Below, piece by piece: positions 13,583 through 26,010 of a DNA stretch of 64,000 nt. The position numbers and the translations under genes were made by a program. Under the pieces are notes generated by a model that saw nothing but the letters and a program-made list of their open reading frames with translations, was not told the origin of the DNA and did not search any database. Numbering within the stretch: the first letter of the stretch is position 1; every line of letters starts with the position of its first letter. The stretch comes from Camelus ferus (taxonomy: Eukaryota): assembly GCF_009834535.1 (NCBI RefSeq), contig NC_045696.1, forward strand, positions 85,624,001-85,688,000, read 5' to 3'.

Positions 13583-14469
13583 CTGTAGCATTAACTCATG
13601 AAAAACAAGTATAGATTCTTTCCATCAAAAGAAATATGTGTTCACCCCATTGACACTACTCCCTTTAGCTTACTTTGTCTTGCCTCAATCACCAGCCTAC
13701 TAACCTTCTCAATCACCAGGGACACACATCAAGTTCTCAGAGTAACCTCATTGAAATCCTTCTCGTGGGAAGGTGGGATTCATAGCACAACTCTCTCTAA
13801 AGGGGCTCTCTTCAAAAATTCTCTCCTTACATCACTCTCCTGTCACTTATCCTCTTGGTGAGTCAGTCATAGGTGCTTGACTATGGCGATACAGAGTTAT
13901 CTGTTTTTTTCCTTTAAGCCTCAATATAAATTGAGGCAAGAAAGTAAAAGGGAAGAGTTAAATTAAACATTCAGTTACTTGTATGAGGTCTAAGTTTCCC
14001 ATGCTTTCCCTGCTTTGAAACACCAGAATAATACAAGCTCAGTAAAAGTATCACAAGACTAGGAGTTAAAGTTAAAAAAAAATTGTGCTAATTGCCATTT
14101 CAGTTTTAAATGGTTTTTAACATCATAAACATAAATTATTGTTCAAAATATTTAAGATTTTCTTTTTATGACTCAATGTATCCCTAAATTTCTGAATTTC
14201 TAACATGGATATTGAGAGACAAATCATAAATACCTCTGAAAAAGACTAGAAAAGACAAATACCCAATCTAAATCTTTTCCTATCTAGGAGTAATGTGTTA
14301 ATGTGACACAATTTAACCCACAGATTTTTCTAACTCTAAATAAAAGAAGGAGCTATAATTAGTTGTAGTCAAATTCTAAAGTATTATACTAGGTGTCAAC
14401 CTAGTGTAAAAGGTAGAAATACTAGCATCCACTTTAATACTATGTTCTATTTGCAAGAAAGCTTTTATA

Positions 14470-14610
14470 TTATTTTTACCTGATTTTTTTTTTCATGAAG
14501 TCCTACAAAGTATGCAGGACAAGTGTTACCTCCATTAGCAGTAAGTAACTTGCTCAAGGTCACATAATCTGTAAGTGGGGGATGAATTTAGAATTCAGGT
14601 CTTTTCATTT
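14470..14610 (-). mobile_element. MIR SINE (further weak MIR remnants near 370-490, 16410-16555, 31480-31600, 31660-31790, 32880-33000, 61690-61790)
   Basis: aagtaacttgctcaaggtcaca...agaattcaggtc. Confidence 0.65.
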
Positions 14611-16163
14611 ACATATCACCACTCATTTCATTCCCTATTTGTGACTGCATCTGTTTTTCTTATTAAGCATTATCTTTTCTTCTCTCATTTTTGGCTATAT
14701 ATAAATTTTATCACAACATTTAGCATTTGATTTTATACTAACGGTAATTATTTTCTCTTTATTATTATTTTCCGAAACAGGTTTGTTATTTTCCTATTTT
14801 CTTCACTGTGAAAATGTTTAACAAATTTAATAAAATCTTTGGAATATTCTGTATATTTTATGTCTACACAACTATGTACTTACAACAATAGGTTTTAAAA
14901 AGCTAATTTGCATTTCCTATTATTCAATATTTTCTCTATAAAATTATTATAAGTCATGATGGAGAATGAAATATACTTACTAAAATACTACTGTATGTTT
15001 ATTAAAATGAAAAAAATTAAAAATTGGATTTCATACGGAGAAATTTTATAATTTGAAAATTAGTATTAAGCCTGACCCTTCAATTTTAATACTACTACCA
15101 AGCTTTTGTGATGTATTAGTATATCTACCTAATCTTTCCTCAATATACAAAACATAAGATTAGTTTTTAGTTTTGGATTCTTAAAATTTTGATTTTTAAT
15201 CAATTAAAGGCCACACTGATTTAAATTTCCTCATATTCTATTTAAATAAATCACTGTGTTTGAAATAACAGATTGCTTGGATAAGTGTTCCAAGGTGAGA
15301 AGCAGAAGATAAGCTCTACTGCTAGAAAGAAGAGGATTTAGAACAAAGCTTCTTAAGGATATTCTTTGATATATGCTTTGGCATTTATTTTAAAAGCTAT
15401 ACTTCTTTTTATGGTAGGCCAAGAAAGAATGATAAAGTTACAATACAGTTGAATTTATATGTAACGTGATTTGTGAGGTCAACCATAAAAACACGGCTGA
15501 CTTTCCAGTGCAAAGATGACATTTTCTGACCCACTACCAGGAAAGCATGCACTTTAGATTCTTTTAAGACTGATGATGATAGAGATGGATTTGCAGTAAC
15601 TGATCTACATTCTCTCATAGGGTCTTTCTTGAAAGTACAGAAATGGTCTGGGTCAATGTCTATGTCCGTGAAAGAAGAGGAAGCTGACAGGATTATATTT
15701 CCATTACTGGCCTCATGAGCATGTTTCACAGAAGTGAATCATCAGCCTTGGAAAGCATATTTGCATTTATATATATAAATTAGTATTAGTAGTAATATCA
15801 TTTTCACTATTCAGTTTACAAGTAGAGCAAAAGATTTCCTAGTTCCATGGTCCAGTTTATTCCTTTATTTAATAAATCTTTAACTGGGTTATTGTACTAA
15901 ACTCCCTGGGAATAATATCGACCCTGTTCTCCAGAAACTGACAGGACACACATCTGATCCTTGCCAAGACTGAGGTACCCACTGAGATCCAACTAGGCCA
16001 ATGCTGTTTTCCCAACTCCTGTTCCTTCCCAGCCCAGACCAGGATAAGAAAGAACTCAGTGCCCCAGCCATCTACAGGCAACCTTTATGTAAGAGGACTT
16101 GGACGTATGTATTTCATCTTATTATTGTTTATATGAACTGAGACTGTAACCGTCTGATATTAA

Positions 16164-16304
16164 GCAAGTTATTATCTGCCTCATTTCCCCCATCTGTAAA
16201 ATGGGACTAATAACATTCCTGACCTTGTAGGATTAATGTGAGGATTAAATGAGGTCAACCATGCAAGACACTTAGCATTCGATAAGCACTGAGATGTTAC
16301 CTAT
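16164..16304 (+). mobile_element. MIR SINE
   Basis: Core gcctcatttccccatctgtaaaatggg...tgtgaggattaaatgag. Confidence 0.85.
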
Positions 16305-17675
16305 CAGCAAAATTAGTAAAGCCCCATTCATGTACAGGAAAAAGATCTTGTTTTATTTCTACCTTTAGAACTAGAAATTTATTTAGTACTTAATCTTATG
16401 ACTACATTGAATTAGGAATCAGGGTACAGAAGTTTCACTTTGCTTCAGTCACTAGTTTGCTAAGGAACCTTGATCAAGTCATTTAGCCTCTCTGGGGGTG
16501 GGGTTTCTCATTTGAAAAATAAATACTTCAACTAAATAGTCTCCTCGGTTTCTTCTCACACTGTTTATAACCCAATGTGTTGTTAAGGGCAAGTAATACA
16601 TGAAGATCACTCCTGCCAATGTAAGGTGCTGACCTCTCCTGAGAGCAGTGGTCTATAGAGGGGTGGAATAGATACGAGAGTACATGAAATTAAGAAAAGG
16701 AAAGATAGAAAGTATCAAACAATTTGACCATAAAGCAGTGAGCCAAAAAGACTTAACCACATGGGATAGCAAGTCAAGTTAAAAAATTATAACACAGAGA
16801 ACACATCTATGTTTGAAGACAAAAGGAAGATATTAAATTTTAAAATGGTTAAAATGGATCTTTCATAGTTGTTAATTTTCTAAAATTAGTCTAATTATTA
16901 GTTGTTCTATTATTTTCATCAGCTAAGGATTTTTTTTTTTGTCTTTAGTAGTCACTCTTTTCAGCATTTTTCTCATTTTGTTTTATTATTCCAGAATGCC
17001 CAATAATCAAGTTGTGAATTTTGTTACCAACCTAAGAAAGTTAACTTAAAACTAAAGGCAAAAGTTAATCCTGTCTTCAGTGTCATTTCTTTTATTACAC
17101 AGAACCATAGTACAACCAGAAGAATTTTTATCAAAGTAAAAACAATCCATGATCTTCTCACTCCCTATACTGCTCTGAACTTAAAACATAATGATATACT
17201 TGCTCATTTTAGCTGAACTAAGGATGCCGTAATTACTGAGGCATAAGATAAGAAAGGAAACTAAAGAACGGGTCAAAGGAAGGAAAATGGAGGTAACAGT
17301 TTAAAAATGAGGATACACATACAACCACAGTCTCACTGAGAGACAAAGGTGTTTCAAGCAAAGGGAAAAAATCTAAAAAAGAATTGGCAAGATTGGAACC
17401 CAAGGTTTTACTGTTATAGGTAGGTCCAGAATCTTTAACAAAACAAACACTTGATATATAATAATACCTATAAGACAATTCAAAACCATTAGAACATAAA
17501 GGGACATGTTTCAATTATATTAAAATATATTGTCCCTGAATATCAATGTTTAGATATTGTTTTATGACAATGGCATTGACAATTACTAACATTTGTATCT
17601 ACTGTAAAAGACTGAACTTACTTTCATATATTATCATATATCAAGAGAGCAGATGACAGACAGATGGATTAACAT

Positions 17676-17862
17676 GGACCTACTATATGCCAGGCACTTC
17701 ACTAAGTGACACAAATCACATCATTTAATCCTCATTAAAAAAATCTACAAAGCAATGTTATCTCCATTTTACAGAAAATAAAACCAAGACTCAGAAAGAT
17801 AAAGTCACTTTCCCAAAGTCACATAATTAGTGTCATAACAGAGATTTAAACTCAAGCTTGCC
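17676..17862 (-). mobile_element. MIR SINE
   Basis: ctactatatgccaggcact...catttaatcctca...ccattttacaga...cccaaagtcaca. Confidence 0.85.
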
Positions 17863-18096
17863 AGGTTGAAACAATATAAATTCAGGGAGAGAACAAGAGA
17901 AAACACATTAGAGAATAATTTTTTGTTCAAAATTCAAGTTCAGGACACTTAGTGATGTGAGAAACAAAGAAATCATGGGCAAAAATAGAAAACACTGGAA
18001 AATTTTCATTTAACAGAAATTTAGAAGAAAAAGAATAATTTTAAATCAAGGCCTTCTTGGTTAATTTATATTAATTGCATACATCTGATGCTATAA

Positions 18097-18262
18097 ACTA
18101 GTGAATATAACAAAAAAGAAGCAGACTCAGATACAGAGAACAATCTAGGGGTTACTAGTGGGGTATTGGGGGGAACACAGGAGAGGGGAGAGGAAGGCAT
18201 AAACTATTGGGTGTAAGATAGGCTACAAGGATGTATTATACAACATGGGGCATATAGCCAAA
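18097..18262 (+). mobile_element. Lineage-type L1 3' UTR fragment
   Basis: aaaaagaagcagactcagatacagagaacaa...gggtgtaagataggctacaaggatgtattatacaac. Confidence 0.7.
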
Positions 18263-19290
18263 AAACTAAACAATAAGAAAACAAACAATCCAATTTAAAA
18301 GTGGGCCACAGACTTCAAAGACATCTCATCAAAGAAGATATACAAATGGCAAAAAAGCATATGAAAAAATGCTCCACATAATATGTCACCAGGAAAATGC
18401 GTATTAAAACATGAGATACCACTACACACCTATTAGAATGGCCAGAATCAGAACACTGACAACACTAAATGCTGGTGAGGAGGTGAAGCAATGGGAACTC
18501 CCTCATTGCTCATAGGAAAGCAAAATTGTACAGACAGTTTGGGTTTTTAAAAAAAAACTAAACACAGCCTTACCATACAATACACCAACTGCACTCCTTG
18601 GCATTTATCCAAAGAAGTTGAAAACTAATGTCCATACAAAAACCTGCACATGGATATTTATAGCAACTTTATTCATAATTGCCAAAATTTGAAACCATCT
18701 AGATGTCCTTTAGTAAGTGAATGGATAAACTGTGATGCATGAAGAAAACAGAATATTAATCAGAACTAAAAAGAAATGAGATATCAATCCATGAAAAGAC
18801 ACAGAGGAACGTCAAATGCATATTACTAAGTGAAAGAAGCTAATCTGAAAAGGTTATAAACTGTATGATTTCAACTATATGACATTCTGGAAAAGACAAA
18901 ACTATGAAGATCATAAAAAGATCAGTAGTTGCCAGGGGATGGGGGTACAGGGAGGAAAGAGTAGGCAGAACACAGAGTATTTTTTAGGCAGTGAAACTAC
19001 CCTGTATGATACTGTAATGATGGGTGTACATCATTATACATTTGCTCAAAACCATAGAAATGTACTACACCAATAGTGAGCCCTAACATAAACTGTGGAT
19101 TTTGAGTGATTATAATGCATCGATGCAGGTTTATTAGCTGCAACAAATGTGCCACGTGGGTGGAGGATACTGATAATGGGGGAGGCTATCATGTGTGGGA
19201 GCAGATGGGTGTATGAAATATCTCCACCTTCTGCTCAATTTTGCTATGAACCTAAAAATCATCTAAAAAGTATTTTTTAAAAGTTTGAAA
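18263..19290 (+). mobile_element. L1MC1/2-like ORF2 end and 3' UTR
   Basis: gagataccactacacacctattagaatgg...tatgacattctggaaaag...ccctaacataaactgtgg...ctcaattttgctatgaacctaaaa. Confidence 0.9.
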
Positions 19291-19574
19291 GTTAAAAAAT
19301 AAGGAAAGGAGAAAAGGGAGAAGGAGAAAACAAACTATTGAAGTTGTCTAATATTTTTAGCAATGTTTTAGTAGGCTCTAGTGGTCTCTACTCAGGAGAT
19401 CTTTGGTATTTCTATGAGATCTATCTTGATTTTATCCCTGCTTTCTGGCTCACCCTTCATCTTATACTTATCAACTACAAGATAGTTAATAGTCTCCACT
19501 ATGAAAGTCTAATCTTCTTCTGGCATTCTCTCTCACCTCTACAGGGTTATTAAAATAAAACAAAATTCACAAAT

Positions 19575-19990
19575 ATGAAAGTTCTTAATAGAGTAAATTC
19601 TAAGAGTTATAAAAAGAAATTTTTTTTTCTTTTCCTCTTATTTTGCATCTATATGAGATGATGGATGCTTACTAAACTTATTGTGATAATCATCTCGTGA
19701 TACATATGAGTCAAATCATTATTCTGTACACCTAAAATTTATACAGTGCTGGAAGAAAACAAAGGAAATCAAGGAATGATTATCTCATATTTCAGAAAAG
19801 TGGCCAGCTCTCTGGGAGAGAGTACAGGAGGTTATCAGGGCAGGAATATACATGGCCTTCAAGGTTCTGGTAATTCTCTGCTTCTTCAGGTGGTGGGTTC
19901 AATTACATTCATTTTATCACTAATCTTTTAACTGTACATATCTATATTATGCATGTTTTGTCTGTATAATATATTTCACAATAAAACACT
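19575..19990 (+). mobile_element. Two adjacent L1 3' UTR fragments (L1MA9-like, then L1ME-like)
   Basis: ctatatgagatgatggatgcttactaaacttattgtgataatc...; then ggttctggtaattctctg...atatttcacaataaaa. Confidence 0.65.
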
Positions 19991-21649
19991 TTTAAACAAA
20001 CCAAAACAAAAAACCACCAAAATTAATAAATAATAAACAAATAACCTCTGCATCAGGCTAATTTTGATTTTTTTGAAATTTCATAAATAGGTTTTGGGAT
20101 GATGAAGATAACTAAATCACTGAGGCTTCTCTTCAACCCTTATCCCCATTCATAGCAGAGAGAACTCCCTGTTTGAGAACTCCATATTAGGGTTACAAAA
20201 CATTCTTTCCTCATATACTCTGACTGGAGTTTTCTGTCTGTTTCAAACCAGATATTGACTACTCCTAAAAAAATAGTCTCAGGGAGAATGTGAGCACATT
20301 TTCTAAGTAAAGGTGGACTATTAGTTAGAGTAGCTTTAAATCTACATAGTCTTTTTAAAATGTGTAGATTGCACCTTGAAGGGCTTATAGCTAAACCATT
20401 CTCTGATCATATCTTGATAGGGATTAGTTCTTGAAGAATGGAAAAGTAGGATGAAGGATTTAAGAAGGGTACTGGTTGGCACTGTAACTCTGCACAATTC
20501 GTGAAAATTGAGACCACAGCACTGAATGGCTAGAATACAGTAGAGCCAAAATCTCTGACTCCCAGGATCTGAGTTCCACTAACTGGAGTAAAAGTCTAAA
20601 AAAATCTCAAAGACAATTCCTAAATGGAATGCTTAATATCATCTACCACACTAATATCTGCTTTGGATAAACATTATAAAACAGCTTTTCATTTGCAACA
20701 ATATACCTAATGGTTAGCATTATCTATCTCCCTCATCTCCCAAATTGCAAAGAACATGTCTTTGGTAATTTTCCATTTACTTTTTTTTAAAATAAGAAAA
20801 TGTGCTTTTACATTTAATGTATGATTCATCCTACTTAAAAATAATTTAAAATATATAGATAGAAGATTTAATAGTATTAGCACTTTGGGCTTTTAAAGAC
20901 AGTGATTTGGATTCAAATATTTACCCTGGAAATTATATTTGAAGGTCTGCAGGCTTCATCACAAAAAACAAAAAACAAAACATCTTTTTTGTTTCTTTGG
21001 TCAGCATTTTCTTTGGACATGCTTAATAATGAAAAAACTGTCTTCATGTCCACAAACTGCTTTTTCTCCTTTAAATGCGACATGTGACAAGTGACATGAA
21101 ATTAATGTTTCTGGAAGAAATGCAAAATTATTTTTCTGCTAATCTGCTGCTTCATCACCTTCTTTATAATTTGGTGTTAAGTCATACCATTCAGACCAGG
21201 ATAAGTCTTCTCTAATCAACCTGCCACTGACTCACCATTTCTGGCTACAGAACCACCCAACATTCTTCTCTCTCTGAATAGAAGTTTCTTGCTATACTTC
21301 TCTGAGACAGATCATCCTTTTCCTCTAGACTCTTTTCAAGACTTCCTTATTCCATTAAATATTTCTAATTCCATCCCCCTTTATTCCACATTTCTTTTTA
21401 ATGAAAAGTCAAGGAAGGGCAATGGGAAGGGAAAATAAATGTTAAGGCCTACTCAAGCAGCTTTCCTTAGTGCCATCCTGAACAGGGCTATACACAAACA
21501 AACCAAGACTTGAAGCCGTTTGACACCGTTCAAAAGATTACCTCATACTGCCTGAGTGCTGAAGCCAAGTTATCACTTCTTCCTGCACTGATGGGTATGG
21601 ATTTTCCATTCTCTGCACAAAAGTCTGAAATCCCAATCCAACTTCTCTT

Positions 21650-22340
21650 ATGTGAATACTTGTTTCCTTCTTTCAGTGAGTGTAATACTCAAGTAATATT
21701 ATATGGAAAAGACAGTCAGACTTCAATTTTGGGAGGACTTCAGGGGTATAATATGAAACACACCGTACACATTAAAGCTTAGAAGATCTTGAAGTATCAT
21801 TGATATTCATGGGACCTTAATAATAAATTATAATTAGTGGGCAAAAGGGTAGTCATTGAAGACTTCTGAATTGAGAAGAAATAAAACAAGAGTTATTCTG
21901 ATTTGACAAAGAGAGAATTGTGACAGTCAAATGACTGATCATGAATGCCTGAGCCTGGTCTTAGAACTAGATAAGGGAAAAAAAAAAAAAAAAAGGATTC
22001 TAGAGGTATCACTGGAGAAGAAATCATTAAGATTAGATTTTTTTTTCCTGTGATGGTGATAAAGGATGGTGAAAAGAGACCAGGGAGAACAAGGGTTCTA
22101 GCATAGGCGGCCAGGAAATAGTAGAGTCCTTAACAGAAAAGACACCTTAAGAGGGAATGTGTTGCATGTGTGTTTTGGAAGGTGGACGGTCAGAGCAGTA
22201 CTGCGATCTGATTAGCTTTTATATATGTTGACTTTGAGTAGACATGAAGATGATCAGAAGAGATAGTTGGTAAAGAGTCAGAAATGCAGGGCTGGAAAAA
22301 GTCAAGACTGACTTAATGACTTATAGGCACAGAGAAGATA
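21650..22340 (-). mobile_element. Decayed L2 fragment
   Basis: gggtagtcattgaagacttctgaatt...gtttctagc...gttgactttgag...agatagttgg. Confidence 0.55.
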
Positions 22341-22419
22341 TTTTAGGCCATATACATGGACATAATAAAACAAATTTTAAATGTAAAGAGAGAATAGGAC
22401 CACACATAAAATCTCAGGG

Positions 22420-22665
22420 AGTGCTTATGTGGAGAAAAAGGAACCCTCCTACACTGTTGGTGGGAATGCAAATTGGTGCAGCCACTATGGAAAACAGTAT
22501 GGAAGTTCCTTAAAAAACTAAAAATATAGTTACCATATGATCCTGCAATCCCATTCCTCGGTATATATCCAAAGAAAACTCTAGTTTCAAAAGATACAGG
22601 CACCTCAATGTTCACAGCGGAAATATTTACAATAGCCAAGACATGGACGCAACCTAAATGTCATC
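22420..22665 (+). mobile_element. L1 ORF2 C-terminal fragment
   Basis: gtggagaaaaggaaccctcctacactgttggtgggaatgcaaattggtgcagccactatggaaaacagtatgg. Confidence 0.9.
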
Positions 22666-23229
22666 AGAAATGCATACATTTTCTCCCAGATTCTGTTTTT
22701 AATTTTGTTGATTCAATGATATACAATGTAGAAGTATATTTTAATATTTTTTTCTGCTTATAAAGGTAACAAATTCATTACATAGCATTTGAAACTACAA
22801 AATAGTAACAAGTAAAAAATCAACTATAATTACCCCATTAGAGGGAAACATCATTTAGATTCTGGTGTTCTCTATATGTATATCTAGCATTATGTCTATA
22901 TTTATGTCTACATCTATCTATAAGCAGTGATGTCATATTTTGTATTCAGATTTGTATCTTGCCTTTATCACTTAACACTATTTATCACTTAGTAAAATAA
23001 TTTTCCCCATGAAAATAATTAATTTCATTCTATAAATGAAACATATTGTACCTTACCATTTCATATAGGAGAATTACATTTGAAAGTTTTTTCTGGGAAA
23101 GGCTGAGTATAATGTTTATCCATATGAGCCTCATTTCTATAGTACTCCATAAAAATAAAAAGACCTTTAAGCAAAAAATAGCTGGAAAAGCACGGGAGAA
23201 AATCCATAGCACTATGTAATCCCATTAAC

Positions 23230-25135
23230 TCTGGACTTAATTTACTCATGTTTTTATTAAGGTCTATGGGGTATGCTGATCAACTGTGCAGATGGCATGA
23301 AACTGGGAGAAATTTTAAAAAACATGGTGTATGATGAAATCATAATCCAAAAGGATCAGACAGATTGAAATGATAGGCTAAGTAAAAGGAGAGTAATTTT
23401 TTAAAGGGCTGAACATAAATTTCCATGCTTGAGTTAGGGAAAAAAGTCAGTAGTATATGATATGGAATGTGATTTAACAGAAAGTTCATGCAAATAAAAG
23501 TAACAAACAAAGAGATGATGGTATAATGTGGCTGACAAAAAAGCTAATGAAATTTTGAGATATTTTTATAAAAATACTAGGACCAAACTCAGGAAACTGA
23601 AGGCTTATTTTCTTCTAAACTGGACTAGACAAAGATGTAGTTTGTTCAGTTCTTTGCTGTATACCTTAAGAAGGATATTTCAAATGGTCACAACCTAATA
23701 GAGAGTGCTCATATTGCAAAATGTCTTACAATATAACATACAAAGGAAAGCTGAAAATAGTAAGGATATTTAGCAGGAGACAATAATAGTGAATCCTAGA
23801 AATTAATTCAATAGCTGTATTAGAATGTGTGAAGGGATTTAGGAAAAATAATTTGACTTGTACTAACATACTTATTTTGTGTCTCATGAAAACAAAATTA
23901 AGACGTAAATAGGTTCTGACACTAATTCCAATGCGCACGGGGATAGGGAGGTTCTCCACAACAAACAAGTCTTAGAATACCAGCTGAGTGTCCTACAACT
24001 CACCTCAATTCTGACATTATCTCCCTGGACATAGCATCAGATTCCACAGGTTAAGGACTCAGTCCCACATTACTGTCCCCCACTTCAGAGACCAATTGCA
24101 AGCTCAGGTCCCTATCAGCTACAAATTGGAAGTTCCTATGACCACCTCCAACTAGGATGCTGATCACAAGTCCAGGTTGTTACCTGGACTTCTGACAGAA
24201 TGGCTATAAATCAGAGGGTCTCACAACTTCCACCTAGGGTTTGATTAATTTGCTAGAACCACTCACAGAACTCAGGAAACTCATTTACTCATTAGATTAC
24301 CAACTTGTTACCAAGGATATTAAATATGAATCAACAGCTAAATGAAGAGGTACATAGGGCAAGGTTCAGAACAAAGGATCTTTTATCCTTATGGAGATTG
24401 GGGCCCTGCACTGTGGCACATCAAAGTGTTCTGGTTCCCCCACCTGGAAGCTCTCAAAACACCCTCCTTTTGGGGCTTTTATGGAGGCTTCATTATGTAG
24501 GCATGACTGATTAATTCATTGTCCATTGGTGATTGATTCCACCTCTAGACCCTCTCCCTTTCTGGAAACCAGAAGGTGGGACAAAAGTTCCAACTTCTTT
24601 CTATTCCTGGTTGGTTCCCCTGGCAATGAGCCCCCATCCTTCTGTGCTATCCAAAAGTCACCTTCATTAACATAAAACCAGTTGTGATGGAAAGGGCTTG
24701 TCATGAATAATAAAATATCCATTTCACCTTTAAGCCTCTGAAATATTTTCAGGAACTAAGAATAAGAAACCAAATATTATAATTGAAGATGCTCCCACTA
24801 CTCTTACTGCTCAGGAAATTCCAAGGGTTTGGGGAACTATGAGCCAGGAACTTTGGATGAAGACAAAATATATATGAAAAATATATTTTTGTCATCTGAA
24901 TGACCAAATGCATATATATTTCTTATAAATCACAATATCATAGAACTAAAGAATGATAGTTATGAAAAGATTAATTTTGGCTCAACACAAGGAATATGGC
25001 TCAAAATGTAACAACATATGACAATGATAACAATATCATTGTTTGAAAGTACCCAGAAATAGAATGGGCTGCCTCAATCTATGAGTTTATGAATTTTCAG
25101 TCTCCGGAGCTGTTCAAGCAAAAAATAGATAACTA
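23230..25135 (+). mobile_element. L3/CR1 LINE remnant interrupted by a MER21 LTR
   Basis: tgtgcagatggcatgaaactggga (FADDTKL-like RT region), gctgacaaaaaagctaatg, gttcagttct; resumes after 24942 (agaatgggctgcctc, gtgttcaagca-like). Confidence 0.7.
23880..24942 (-). mobile_element. MER21-family solo LTR
   Basis: accagctgagtgtcctacaa...caattctgaca...gcatcagattccacaggttaaggactcagtccca; ends caggaaattccaaggg...ataaatcacaatatca. Left boundary approximate. Confidence 0.85.
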
Positions 25136-26010
25136 TATAATCATCTACATTCTTCCCTGCACAGTCTCATCTACTCACATTGCTTAAATTGCTGCTATTA
25201 ATGATTCTAAATATTGATTTCAAGTTTTATCTGTATCCTAAATTTAGTCACACAATTCTAGCAACCTCCTTGTCTGTGTATCAGCAGTTCTCAACTGGGG
25301 GTAAATCTGTCCTTGACTCAGAGAACACCTGGAAAAGTCTGGAGGCATTGTTGGTTGGCACAACTGAGAAGGGTGTTGTTTGTATCTGTTGTAAAGAGGC
25401 CAGGGAAATGGCTAAATACCCCACAATGCAAAAGGCAGCCTCCCACAATAAATATCCAGCCAAAAAGTCAGTAGTGCCAAAGTTAAGAAACACTGCTTTA
25501 CATGTATATCCAACAGGTAACAAACTCAACATGACCAACTTCAAACTCATTATCTCCACTCCATTATCCCATTTTCCCCTTAAAATCTGAATTCTTCTCT
25601 GAAAAAGCTTAGTTGCTATTCCCTATTGTGATTAATGGTATCATTAGCTACCCAATCACATGAGCTAGAATCTCAGAGTCATCCTTAACTCCTCACTTTC
25701 CCTTGCCTATTAAGCTACTTCCAAAATGCCTTTCTAAGTCTTCCCCCTGCTTTCCATCACTGCTGCCACTGACTTAGCTCAGTCTCACATTTTCTCCCAA
25801 CAGTATTCTTTTTTCCAATTCATCCTTCACATTGTTGCCAGGATTATCTTTCTAACACAAAAGCAACAGTCCTATTATCCTATGCAGAAAACACAGGTAA
25901 GCCTCTGGCGTCCACTGAATGAAAGTTCAAACTCTGAATTGATGTCAAAGGTGCTAAACAATCTGGTCCCAAGTTCTCTCAACAGTTTCATCCCATACTA
26001 CTACCTCCTC
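25135..26010 (+). mobile_element. L2 fragment hosting the MER20
   Basis: ctcatctactcac...tcaaactcaacatg-like...agagtcatccttaactcctc...ccaattcatccttcacattgttgccagga. Confidence 0.75.
25282..25495 (-). mobile_element. MER20 inserted in an L2
   Basis: ttctcaactggggg...agaggccaggga...agtgccaaagttaagaaacactg. Confidence 0.85.

Noticed and set aside
15409..15729. 106-aa minus-strand ORF in unique sequence
   Set aside because: GTG start, no recognisable family or exon structure; a pseudogene call is unsupported.
25180..25590. 136-aa ORF and its antisense partner
   Set aside because: Runs through MER20 and L2 remnants; non-ATG start.
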